64,000 nucleotides of DNA from the NCBI RefSeq assembly GCF_021869535.1, contig NW_026262712.1, positions 90,458,001-90,522,000 of the forward strand, given 5' to 3'. The notes beneath the pieces are model-generated. The model did not search any database and had not been told where the DNA came from. It saw nothing but the letters and a program-made list of their open reading frames with translations. The DNA is from Mytilus californianus (lineage: Eukaryota). This document shows, piece by piece, positions 39,521 through 51,970 of the stretch (position 1 is the stretch's first letter; every line of letters begins with the position of its first letter). The position numbers and the translations under genes are program-made.

Positions 39521-40127
39521 AATCAAAAGGGGAAGGGGGACGGTCAATTAAGAGTTATTCATTATTTATCTTATCTCGAAAATACATCCGTAAATGATTT
39601 CATCGATCTATATAAATGTCCAGCTGTTTACTCGATTACTCGAATATTGATGACGCTGTTGATGTTATTGAATTTTACAGAAATAAAACATTTGCTAGCA
39701 AGTCCTACGTTCAATGAGCTTTACGAATATTCCCTTTCTCGTCAAATGGTTTTGATCTTCGTGGTTTTAGAATTTATCAAAATTTTTATTTTCATAAAGC
39801 TCTCCCTTTTGAAGTTTTTATTAGATATTCTTTATTCAACCAGTTTGCCTCCTTTCTTCATTGGACTCTTTCTGCATTTCTGTAAGATAATTTGAGGCGG
39901 CGCTTGTACATTACCTTGGCGACTTCTTTCTTGGGGAGGGGGAGGGACGGGACCAGTCATTGTGCTGACCTGCTCCATACTTTCAAAGATTATCTGCAAT
40001 GATCACAAGGATTACATTCTGAGGTCTGAGGTAAAGAAATTGACACTTATGACATGACTATCCGATGAATAACTTAAGAAAGTTCCATTTGTTTTAAACA
40101 ATAAGAAGGTCACGCTAAGGGAAATGC

Positions 40128-43100
40128 TACGGAAGCCGATAAGGGTCATTCAAAAAAAAAATATGTCGTAATTACGACATAGTATGTCGTAATAACGACA
40201 TCGCTATGTCGTAATAACGACATATTATGTGGAAATAACGACATCGCTATGTCGTAATAAAGACATATTATGTGGAAATAACGACATCGCTATATCGTAA
40301 TTACGACATATCATCTATATTATCTATATCATCTATAACAACAACCTTAACATTGCTACTTTGTGAGCATCGAAACACTATGGGAAACAACATTTTCATC
40401 TTTATTTAAAGAACTACTTATCAGAATTGAATCAAACTTGATATACGTGTGCACTATAAGGTCCTATTCAAGTGTTATTACTAAGTTACACATTGGTTAA
40501 AACACATGACCGCCAAGGGACTTTGAAAAAATCAATGTTCAAAATCTGCTTCTCAAGATCACTGAAATGACTGAGTTTAAACTTAGTATAAATATACAAT
40601 GTGTAAATAGTATCCAGGTCCTTAAAAAGAGTTTTTACGTTTTGAGCTGATCCGAAGTTAAAAATGGCCGCCAGTGAGGGCACAGTTTGTATCAAAACCC
40701 TATCGTAAACATATTCATTTTTGAGAATGATAAACACTGAATTCAATCAAGCTTTATTAATATTGAAGTTAGTTACGCTATATGTCTGCACATAATAGAA
40801 CTTTATTTCATAATCGTGTCTAATGGGACCCATTGAAATGGTGAATGATTCAGGCTTGTTGGAGCCTCTATATTTATATTTGGCATTTATGTAGATCTTA
40901 TCAAGAAGTGTTAAGTACCAGAAGGATTATGTGTGCTATTGCAATCTCTTGTCGTCCGGCGTCGTCTGTTTTTTAACGTTAAATTTTTATTAAAGATTAC
41001 AAAAATCACAAAATGTTGATAAAAGTTTAGCCGCCGTCGCCGCAAAATCAATTCCTAAAGTTTCGCTACTTATGACGTTCATCGCAGGCGAGGTAAAAAT
41101 CTGCTATTTCGCTATGTGGTCTTTTTGTATAGTATTGTGGATATAATTGCATACAGTTCGAGATTGCATGTGAGTTACGTAAGCGCTTAACTGTTTTTTT
41201 TATATCCTGTGGTGTTTGTCGTTGATGAAATATGTTCGCTGTTGTTCTGCAGTTAACATGTTTTGCGACTATTACTATACTGTAGTATATTATATGTTTG
41301 TGCGTTTCTCTGTGATATATGATCTTGCGTGTGTTTGGTCTGTATTTCTGTCACGTAGTGTTATCATTTCAGCGCCATTTTTAACATTGTCATAAAGCGG
41401 GAGGTTTGGCTAGCCATTAAACCAAGTTCAACCCACCATTTGTTCTTAAAATGGCCTGTACCAATTCAGGAATATGACAGTTGTTATTAAAAAGTTCTTT
41501 CTATGTATGTTAAGGGTTTATTTTTGTTCACTTTAGTGTTCCTGTTGTTCGTTTATTTTCCTCTTAAAGTTGATATGTTTCCCTCGGTTTTTAGTTTGTA
41601 ACCCGGATTTGTTTTCTCTCAATCGATTTATGACCTTTGAAAACCGGTATATTACTGTTGCCTTTATTTAGTAACAGTGTCCATGCTGTTGGTTGCCGGT
41701 CAATTTCGACGGACTTCAAGTGATGACAATACATGTAGCTATCCCCAAAAAATGTTTTAGAGGACACAACTTAGATATGGGTCAAACTGATCTTTCTGAA
41801 ATTTTTGGCATAGGTCCATTTTGCCATGATGAACCCTCAACAGATTTGAGATAAATGTAACGATATTCGAGACATTATCAAAAAAACTAATGTGTGACCA
41901 TTATGTCCTATATTTTCAAGTTAATAACAGCTGCTGTGTTTTAAGGAGTCGACAATCAAAGCACGCCTTTTGTGAAGGAAACATTTAACAAGGAAAAATC
42001 AAACACGCTTACGACAGACGACGACGGACAACAAACGATAGCAATCGCTCGCATACCACTTCGAGTACGAGACACAAGTTCCTTAGGTGATAGGTGAAGA
42101 TCAGGGGACCCATTAGGCTCGATTATTAGGGGTCTAAAGTTTAACATAGGCTCCAATGGAAAAAGCTTTGAAAATCTTTTCATTAAGAACTACATGCCAT
42201 ATTGGATCAATCTTAGAGAATGGATGACCCTTATATGATGAGGATTAAATATAAAAAAAGAAGATGTGGTATGATTTCCACAAGAAACCAAATGCCACAG
42301 AAATTAACAACTATAGGTCACCGTACAGCTTTCAACAATGAGCAAAGCCCATGCCACATAGTCAGCTATAAAAGGCTCCGAAATAAGAAATGTAAAACAG
42401 TTCAAACGAGAAAACTAACGGCCTAATTTATGTACAAGAAATGAACGAAAAACAAATATGTAACACATCAACAAGCAACAACTACTGAATTACAGGCTCC
42501 TGACTTGGGACAGGCACATACATACAGAATGTGGCGGGGTTAAACATGTTAGCGGGAATCTAACCCTCCCCTAAGTTTGTAGGAATAGTTGTCCTGGGGA
42601 ACATTGGTTTAAAGAACTTGGGGTCCAACGTTTAATACAGGCTTCAATGGGGAGGACGCTGTAAGAATCTCATAAAGAACCAACAGTAGCAATGCAGTTA
42701 TAATTTGCATCAAGCATCAGTAGGCCATTGTGTACAAATGAAGGTACAGAGGTCCATGGGTCTGAGGACTAGGAGTCCAAAGTTTAACAGTCTTTATTTG
42801 GAAAAGCTTAAAATTCATCTTCTTCAGAATCTGCAATGGAAATGCAGTCATATTTTACACGAATCTGTACATGCCAAACATAACTAGAGGCTCCAAGAAG
42901 CCCGAATCGCTCCCCTGTGCAACTGGGTCTCATTTGACTTGATTATAAAATAAAGTTCTAGTATGTGCAAGTAAATAACTTTAATTAAGCTTGATTGCAT
43001 TTAGTGATCATTATTCTCCAAAAAAAGATGAATATGTTTACGCTTCAAACCTTGCCCTCACTGACGACCATTTTGAATTTTCTATCGCCTCAAAAAGTGA

Positions 43101-43558
43101 CAACGCCACGGTTGTCGTAATTATGACATAGCGATCAGGAGCCTGTAATTCAGTGGTTGTCGTTTGTTGCTGTGTAACATATTTGGTTTTTTTTCATTTG
43201 TTGTACATTAATAAAGCCGTTAGTTTTCTCGTTTGAATTAAATTGTTTAACATTTGTCATTTCGGGGCCTTTTATAGCTGACTATGTGGGGCTTTTCTCA
43301 TTTTGAAGGCATTGTGGTGACCTCTAGTTGTTAATTTCTGTGTCATATAGTCTCTTGGCAATCATAATACATACTATTATATATATATATATAGCAATGT
43401 CGTTATAACGACATAAGAATGTCGTTATAACGACATAGCGATGTCGTAATTTCGACATAGTGATGTCGTTATTACGAAATGCTATGTCGAAATTACGACA
43501 TATTTATGTCGTTATTACGACATAATTTTTTTTTGAATGACCCTTATCGGCTTCCGTA
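40128..43558. mobile_element. TIR-bounded composite element (TA termini, ~55-bp TIRs, subterminal 21-bp palindromic arrays) with nested repeats inside
   Basis: Left end TACGGAAGCCGATAAGGGTCATTC(A)10TATGTCGTAATTACGACATA; right end TATGTCGTTATTACGACATAA(T)9GAATGACCCTTATCGGCTTCCGTA. Arrays of ATGTCGT(N4)ACGACAT units at ~40162-40310 and ~43395-43525. No transposase ORF inside. Confidence 0.85.
41375..41672 (+). repeat. Interspersed repeat family R4, nested in the TIR element
   Basis: Homolog of 20670-20960 in the opposite orientation. Confidence 0.75.
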
Positions 43559-44457
43559 AAATGCCATTCGTTTTGGGTTCATTAAACTTTGCATGTCGGG
43601 TTGTCGCGTCAGGCAGAGCCTTTTGCAGATGATTGATTGACACACCATATGGTTTGAATAAACCACACTACAGAATTAGAATTAATTCAAACATTAAAGC
43701 TTATCTTAGAAAATTTTAATAGCCCTTCTTTAATGCCAGATTGATTTTGGACTTCTAATGAAGCACTTGACAGTGCCTTAGGCTTTTCATAAGGTTATGG
43801 CATATATTTCAAGGGTAGATAGGCTCATGGGTTATGACCCAAAATATTGCTTAAATGTTGTCTAATATCAAACATTACATTTTGGAGAAATATATCCAGA
43901 AATGGTATCTGTCATCTTCTGAAAGTATGAACTTAGGCATGAGAAGGTGCTGTTTCATATTGATTACAAAGGCGCGGGACACATTCTATATAAGAAGACT
44001 TCAAAATCATAGGATGTCCTGATTTTGGTCAGTCGATTAGTTCTAGAAACATAAACATTAAAGCAGAGCACGTACAAGATAAGATTAGAATAGGGTTATA
44101 GAAGGGATGTGTCATATGTGTAGTACAAGCGTAATTCGGATTGTTTGCGATTTAAAAATCGTAGGAACTGTTGTTTTTGCAGAGATATGTGTAAATAGAG
44201 GGTGTTCTTCGTCCAGTCCGTTCTTGCACGTGGGAGGAATATTTTTGACACACTTCAGTTATCATAGGGTACCCGGTTCTTTGTAATGTGTGTTTTAACG
44301 CAAGTGGTCAGTTTATTGAAAGATCTCACAAAACATGTTTAACCCTGTCGCATTTTTGCGTCTGTCCCAAGTTAGGAACATCTAGCCTTTGTTAGTCTTG
44401 TGTGTATTTTTAAAATTTTGGTTCATTTGTATGTTTCGGAGTTAAGTCTAGAATTTA

Positions 44458-44622
44458 ATTTTGCTGATCTAGTATACATTACTGTTTAGGGGCCAGCGGA
44501 AGCCCGCCTCTGAGTGCGGGATTTTCTCGCTGAGTCATTGGTGGCCTTCGGCTGTTTTGGGCTCTTTGGTCGGGTTGTTGTCTCTTTGACACATTACCCA
44601 TTTCTATTCTCAATTTTATTTG
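44458..44622 (+). repeat. Interspersed repeat family R1, copy 3
   Basis: Near-identical to the copies at 14077 and 38880. Confidence 0.85.
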
Positions 44623-44686
44623 TATTATGTATCTTATAAAGAGGTTCTCAGTATATATATTTACTTTTATCGTTTCGTATGAAATC

Positions 44687-45816
44687 AAACTAGAGGCTCT
44701 CAAGAGCCTGTGTCGCTCACCTGTATTTACTGATACTTTTATCGTTTCGTATGAAATCAAACTAGAGGCTCTCAAGAGCCTGTGTCGCTCACCTGTATTT
44801 ACTGATGCTTTGGAAATCATGTAAAATAAGGTTAAAATCATAATTAATAGTATTAGATATTAGATATTATAATAATATCTAAGATAATAACAAAAAACTG
44901 CAAAATTTTTGTAAAAAAATACTATCTCAGGGGCAGCAACCCAACAACGAGTTGTCGGATTCGTCTGAAAATTTCAGGGCAGATAAATCTAAATCTGATG
45001 AACATTGTTGCCACCTGTTAGATTTGCTCTAAATGCTTTAGTTTCAGAGATATAAACCAAAAACTGCATTTTACTCCTATGTTCTATTTTTAACCAAGTC
45101 GGCCATGATGGTTGGAAGGCAGGGTCATCGGACAAATTTTTTAAACTAGATACCCTAATAATGATTATGGCCAAGTATGGTTAAATTTGTCTCAGTAGTT
45201 TCAGAGAAGAAGATTTTTGTAAAAGATTACAAAAATTTCGAAAAATGTTAAAAATTGACTATTAAGGGCAATAACTCCTAAAGGGGTCGACTGACAATTT
45301 TGGTCATCTGATTTATTTGTAGATCTTACTTTGCTGAACATTATTGCTGTTTACAGTTTATCTCTATTTATAATAATATTCAAGATAATAACCAAAAACT
45401 GCAAAATTGCCTTAAAATTACCAACTCAGGGGCAGCAATCCAACAACGGGTTGTCTGATTCATCTGAACATTTCAGGGCAGATAGATCTTAACCTGATGA
45501 CATTTTAACCCCATGTCAGATTTGCTCTAAATGCTTTAGTTTCAGAGATATAAGCCAAAAACTGCATTTTACCCCTATGTTCTATTTTTAGCCATGTCGG
45601 CCATGTTGGTTGGCAGGCGGGGTCATCGGACACATTTTTTAAACTAGATACCCTAATGATGATTGTGGCCAAGTTTGGTTAAATTTGGCCTAGTAGTTTC
45701 AGAGGAGAAGATTTTTGTAAAAGTTAACGGACGACGACGGACGACGGACGACGACGGACGACGGACGCCAAGTGATGAGAAAAGCTCACTTAGCCCTTTG
45801 GGCCAGGTGAGCTAAT
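44687..45816. mobile_element. Helitron/Helentron-associated (HINE-like) non-autonomous element with internal tandem repeats
   Basis: Short subterminal inverted motifs GCTCACCT (left, 44715 and 44787) / AGGTGAGC (right, ~45805); a (GACG/GGAC)n microsatellite at ~45728-45768; a terminal hairpin-like TTAGCCCTTTGGGCCAGG; and a ~500-bp internal block present twice (~44860-45260 and ~45380-45725). Remnants of similar elements at ~40925-41100, 41950-42220 and 42690-42940. Confidence 0.7.
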
Positions 45817-48783
45817 AAAAATTAAAAGTCAAAGAACATTAGTAAATTACCGGAATAAGATGGCAGCATAATACCCATTGCCAAACAACTGAACAATTAA
45901 AGATATTAGACGAATCAAATAATTAAAAAAAAATGCGTTTGCACTTGTTATGACTAATATTTATTATATAGGCAGACGAAGGGATAAAAAACAAATGCTA
46001 CAAATATAAGAAATGAAAATCACTCTCAGGAGGTATGCATTGCATACTTTAAATAGTTTGAGCAATATACATTTCAACATTGTTCAATAACATTAATTTA
46101 AAAATATTGTAAAAAACGTCTAACTAAACCATTCACTTTAAAATAAATTGCCTTATTAAATCCTCTGTTGCGTGGTAAGTTACGAACAAAAAATGCAATG
46201 TAAACACGTGTACATCTTAAAATGCATTTTAACAAAGAACTGTCATCGTAAATTATACAAGTAAAGAAATACGATGTAAGCTAATTTCGGTTTAAAATGT
46301 TCAAACACTAGCACGAGTTATTTTTAGATGAGAGAATGACATCATGGAATGTTTGACAAAAAAATTATTTCGCAACCATATGCCTTGTTCAGCTTCATTA
46401 ACTATTTTAATAATATTTTCAAGGCATGTGAAATTTAAATGGCAAGGCACGTTTAGGGGTTTTTTGCCGCTAATTATGATTCGTATACCATTATACATTT
46501 ATTTATTCTGAAGGACATTTTTTATATAATGGATAGTCTCTTCATTTTAAGAAAGAACGATAGTATATTGTATATACGACACAAAAAAAAAAAAACAACC
46601 TGCATACATACAATGTACAGAAATATAGAGAGCATGCAAGAAGTAAGCAAATTTTTTTTTTACATGCATGCGCCCTTTGTTTGCAGATCCGACAAGCCAT
46701 TGAAAGGTTTGGCTTTATAAACTATAGCCTTTTTTCAAGCGTGAACAAAATTTTTATTTTCAGAGAATATGAAATCACAAAATACATCCTTCCATGGTAA
46801 ACATTGTTTCTATCTGTATCAGATTTTTCTCTCGAACTGTCAATATTTTATTATCATATTTTTAATTTCACTTAATATGTTGTTATCTTAAAAAATGTGT
46901 AACCCATGGAAACGAAAATACTTGTAACAAAAACATTAGAAACTTTTTATAAGTGTTTAAATTCAACGATGATTCTGCAAATACAATTAATATTAAAATA
47001 CATTGACATTCGGGCAAATTTGACCCCAAATTGTACCATGTCTAAACGTATTCGAATTTAAATAATAAACAAATCATATACACAACAGTGTATTGAAAAT
47101 GTTAAAGGTATATAGGTTTAAAGTAACTGTAAACAAAGACATAATATGTCATATAATATATGGCAAAGGATTGTTCTTCACTCGAACTAATTCAAAACAG
47201 GACTCTAATTACTCGGAGATTATAGATAAAAACATACGTCAATTGAGGAAGTTAACTTATTCGGTGGAAAAGTTGTGATATATCTAGAAACAAAAATTAT
47301 ATTTATTCCACAATATTATATGATGAAAGATCTACAGGTTCAAAGGTAACGGAATACTTTTTAAAGCTAAACCAGGTGAGTATAAATATAAATAAACCAA
47401 TATCTTTCACAATGTTGAATGTTTATTTGAAATTACCCTCACTGTGTATTTGAATTGTATTTGTACCGCAGGTAGTTGATTAAAACAAAACGTAATATCA
47501 TTCAAGCTTCAAAAGTCCCTGCACTGTATAATAAGTTGTTCTGAAAATGGACTAGAGGGGTAACCACTATCTGACATCTCACAGTTTTCTATACAAAAAA
47601 AAACGTGAAGAAGAGACTTCGAAGGCAGGTGACGAAGTTCCTTACTTGGGACAACAGATAATTATTCCAGATAACAACTACATTAAAGTAAGTTAGTAGC
47701 CAAACGATGTATGAACTTTTACCTATGGCAAAAAGACTTCGTACAAAGGGCTAACATGCAACAAAATGTGGACAATACCGGCTCACCCTAATATGTATTC
47801 AATACCATGTTACAATTAAAGAAATGCACAGGAGTCAGTCGAATATACTCGATACAAAAATATACCACGACGACGATACACAAGTTTTATTTGATTTAAT
47901 GCATGCTTCATATTTATTTATATACGATACCTTATTTGATTTGAATATTTATGTTGCAGGTGTTTGTTATTGTTTGATTTAAACGATAAAATATATTATA
48001 AACCAGTGTGCTTGTGCTAAAAACTAACGTAGCCATTTCTGTCGGCAAATTTGTTCATAGATGTCTAACTCTACAGACTCTTTATTTTATTCATTCTCTC
48101 AAACATTTTTTTTTATATCAAAACGTTTGGTATCGTGCGTACCTGACGAATGTCATTCAGGGAACAAGTGCTGTGCCCGTTGAAATTATAGCAAATATTG
48201 GTGGGGTGGTTTTTTTGTGTGTGTACATAGATATAGGAAGATGTGGTATGAGTGCCAATGAGACAACTCTCCATCCAAGTTACAATTTATAAAAGTAAAC
48301 CATTACAGGTCAAGGTACGGCCTTCAACACGGACCATTGGCTCACACCGAACAGCAAGCTATAAAGGGCTCCAATAAATTACTAGTGTAAAACCATCCAA
48401 ACGGAAAAACCAACGGTCTAATCTATATAAAAACAAAAAACGAGAAACACGTATGTACTATATAAACAGACGACAACTACTGTAATCGGATTCACATGTA
48501 TGTGTATGTAAAAAGTAATGCGCTCTTTTATTACATGCATTTTACTTTAATACACTTAATCATATTTTAAATTTCAAAATATACAGTGTTATCAAATTGG
48601 CTTTCCAGATGATTTATATCACCTGAGACGATATGTATTGTGCAATTTTAAGAGATTAAGATATTATCCCCCACCGATTGTTTGATATATATGTAATTCA
48701 AAAATATCATAACATTTCAGGCATGTGAAAATTTAAGAGATTACTTTTATTCATACATGTGCATGTAGTAGAAAACAACAGAA

Positions 48784-51700
48784 ATGGGACAGACTTCGTC
48801 TATACAGAGTCCTCGCATTGATGCAGTTCCTGGTACCTCTAGACGGAGAACAGGTTTGTTTTGTAAAATATTGTTATACACGTTTAGATTAACTGGTCTA
48901 AATCTTTTGGGTTGATTTAACGATTGAAAGTAATTTGATGTTCTAATTGCTAATAAAAAATGAAATATGGACAATTGTGACATCTTAGCCAATTTGATAA
49001 TTGTGCAAACATTAGATATTTATTTTAGAATAAAAAAAAAACAGCTTCCATTCGTGCATGCATGCATGCATTATCTTGTTCTTGAATAAGGAAAAGTGAA
49101 AGAATGATATATTACCAAATTGATTATTAGAATTCACACGGAGGATTTAGAAACCGTCAAAACAAGGAAAATTTCAGGTTTATATGTAAAACAAGTAACA
49201 TGGTAAATTTTCAAGCATTCAACAGGTAAAAATCGAAATGTTAATGAAATCATGTGATGTAAAGAAGTCTAAATTATATAGTTTTTTTCAATCATTTTTA
49301 CATTGATATGTATCTATATAAGTAAAAATATCATTCAGCATACAACTAAATTTGTGATGTCGCTTTACTTATCGGTTTGATATAACTGATTGAAGGTTAT
49401 TACTTCACCAAAAATTTCATATTACATTGTTGAAGTTGTTTTTTACATTCTTTCACTTACATGGTAGGACTCTATAACACATTTAAAAAAATATGACAGG
49501 AATGTATATTTTTTTTTTACAGCTTCGGTACCAGAAACAACCGATGATTTTAAAGCAACCATAGAAAACATTCGCCAACAACAGCATGGAAGGAAGAAAG
49601 TGATTTCTGTCAACAGAGATGACGTCAAAAGTGTTATGTTTCCATACTTGAAAACACCAAACAGTGAGTTTTCTCCTCTTGATATCACATTTGAATGTGA
49701 TGGTGTATCGGAAAAGGCGGTAGACCTGGGAGGACCTAGCAGAGAATTATTTACACTATTATTTCAAGAATTTTTGCAATCGAACTTGGGACTTTTTGAA
49801 GGAAAAGGTGGATTTGTGTTACCTGTGAACAATAAAAAGGCAATCGATGCTCACGTCTTTCGTGCGTTTGGCAAGGCCGTTGTATTATCGCTTAGTACAG
49901 ATCCTCATGGACCTGGATTTCCGTATTTTCCATCATTTATTGTGAGTTACCTCATTGGAAGAGAGTATATACATGAACTGAGCTCATTGTTCCTTGTCAA
50001 CGAATTTCTTAAACAGTTTATCACAGATGTAAGCTTTGAAATGTGTACCCTTTGTCTAAGTTTGATATCTTATTCTAGTTACTTCTCAATAAGCAAATGT
50101 TACTAGATTGCACGACACTTAATGCCATTGTAAGTGGTTTTGATTATCTAACTAGCCGACAACTTAAGAACAATAGGAAATGACTATTTATACAAATATG
50201 AATGGTATTTAGATTGTTATCAATGTGATCTGTCAAAATGTGGTGAAATATTTGTGAGTAAGATTTTTTCAAACGTGTCATCGTTAGCTCCATAAGTAAG
50301 ACATTGTGTTATTACCAAACTTCGTAATTTACCATAATTTTCATTTAACATGAATAATTTTATAACAATATTGTCCTCGATTTAAAACTAAGTTTTTATT
50401 GGAATCAATAATTTATTGAACATGCAGTTTGAAATGATGCATCAAAGTGCACCGAAACTGAAATGACTACCATTGTGATATTTAAATCGTAACTTACATG
50501 TTTCGGCTACTCATTTAAATATCAATTAAATTTGACCTATATTTTCAGATTACAAATGCAACCACTCAGAATGACTTAGATGATATTATGGGCAATGACG
50601 ACGAAAGATTTACAGATAATTGCGGATGGCCAGGGAATGAAAGGGTTACAGTGAGCATGAATAATTTCATTGTCTTGATAATTTACCCCCTTGAATTATT
50701 TGGGTATTTTACATTTTGAACCTATTGAATGTTTCATGTTTCCAAAACGATACAGATTTTTTCTTCAAAATATTGAATAAACAATCACACTTTTTGCAAT
50801 CATTGTCTTTTTTCAATTATGTATTATATATATGTTAAGTAATTTTGTTTCCAGCATATTTAACCTCATATGTACACCGGATATCCCAATCCAAATCCGC
50901 GGAGGGGTCCAAATCCCGAGGAGCAATTTTAATTTGTTTAGTGCAATTCGTAAATAAAATCTGGATCCGATTCCCATGTAGGATTATGCTCCTTGTGAAT
51001 CGGAATCAGATTTCAATTACCTTCCGCGTTTCGGTCTTGTGCAATTGCTCTTCATGATCCGGGTCCCTCCACGGATTTTGGATCGGGATACCCGATGTGA
51101 TGTGAAATAGTCTGATTGCATATTTATATTATCTTTTAGATGTCTAACAGATGGTCATTTGTGCAAACCTTACTACAATGGGATTTGGTTGATAAACGAA
51201 GAACTGCTCTTGATGATATGAAAAAAGGATTAAATACTTTCAACTTTCTTGATGATACAAAGTCTCTCCCCGAATTTGAACGCATATTTCTTTTGAGAAA
51301 TAAGCAAGAAACAACGGCGAATTTCATACAGAAGAAACTTATTCCAGAAGTACAAAAATTACGTACCGAAAACCAAGAAGAAGAAAAGGCACAGAAACAA
51401 ACAGTTAAATGTCTTCAAATATTAGAAGGTGCGTAGAAATGCTTGTGTAATTTGCCCTAAGCGAATTTTAAAATGAAATATTCATGATTGAATTGCATAT
51501 TATAATGTTTTAATATTCTATAAAAACGTACTAATATTTGTTTGTTTAATGTCATTGCTTTTATCATGAGCAGATACATCAAATTTAAATTTCAAATGAA
51601 ACATCATTTAAATGCTTGAGCACCAGATGTACCATAACAAAATGTAACACCGAAAAACATTAAAATACTTTAAAGAAAATTATGGAGCTTTTAAAATCCT

Positions 51701-51970
51701 TGTATGAACTTTAAAGTATTTGCTTCATTTTCAGACGAGGAGGCTGCTTATCTGTTTCAGTTTATTACCGGACTTGACGATGTACCGCCATACAACTTTT
51801 CCATCCAGGTGGCGTTTAATCGAAAGAATAAAAAAGCGACATTACCTGAAGCTATAACTTGTATTCAGAGACTTCTCATTCCTCTGGGTAACAAATCGAG
51901 ATTAGACTTTTATAAATCATTTGACATTGCAATAAAAATGGGCAGACTTGGATTTTCAGATGATTCATAG
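48784..51970 (+). CDS. HECT-only E3 ubiquitin ligase gene C (G2E3-like HECT, ~400 aa); join(48784..48853,49523..50028,50549..50650,51140..51428,51735..51970)
   Basis: All junctions are GT-AG with consistent phase. N-terminus MGQTSSIQSPRIDAVPGTSRRRT|ASVPE. HECT motifs: EKAVDLGGPSRELF, HGPGFPYF, LFQFITG, LPEAITCIQRLLIP, tail GRLGFSDDS*. The last exon is identical to gene A at 50 of 78 residues (hand count). Confidence 0.92.
50874..51098. mobile_element. ~225-bp foldback/MITE-like element in intron 3 of gene C
   Basis: ACACCGGATATCCCAATCCAAATCCGCGGAGGGGTCC..GAGCAATT pairs with AATTGCTC..GGGTCCCTCCACGGATTTTGGATCGGGATACCCGATGT; GC-rich against an AT-rich background. Confidence 0.7.

Noticed and set aside
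39810-39985. Short minus-strand proline-rich frame MEQVSTMTGPVPPPPQERSRQG..
   Set aside because: About 48 aa, no recognisable domain, and no supportable splice partners.
40162-40310. Regular 21-bp palindromic repeats that look superficially like a CRISPR array
   Set aside because: No unique spacers, no cas genes, eukaryotic context. They are subterminal repeats mirrored at the other end of a TIR element.
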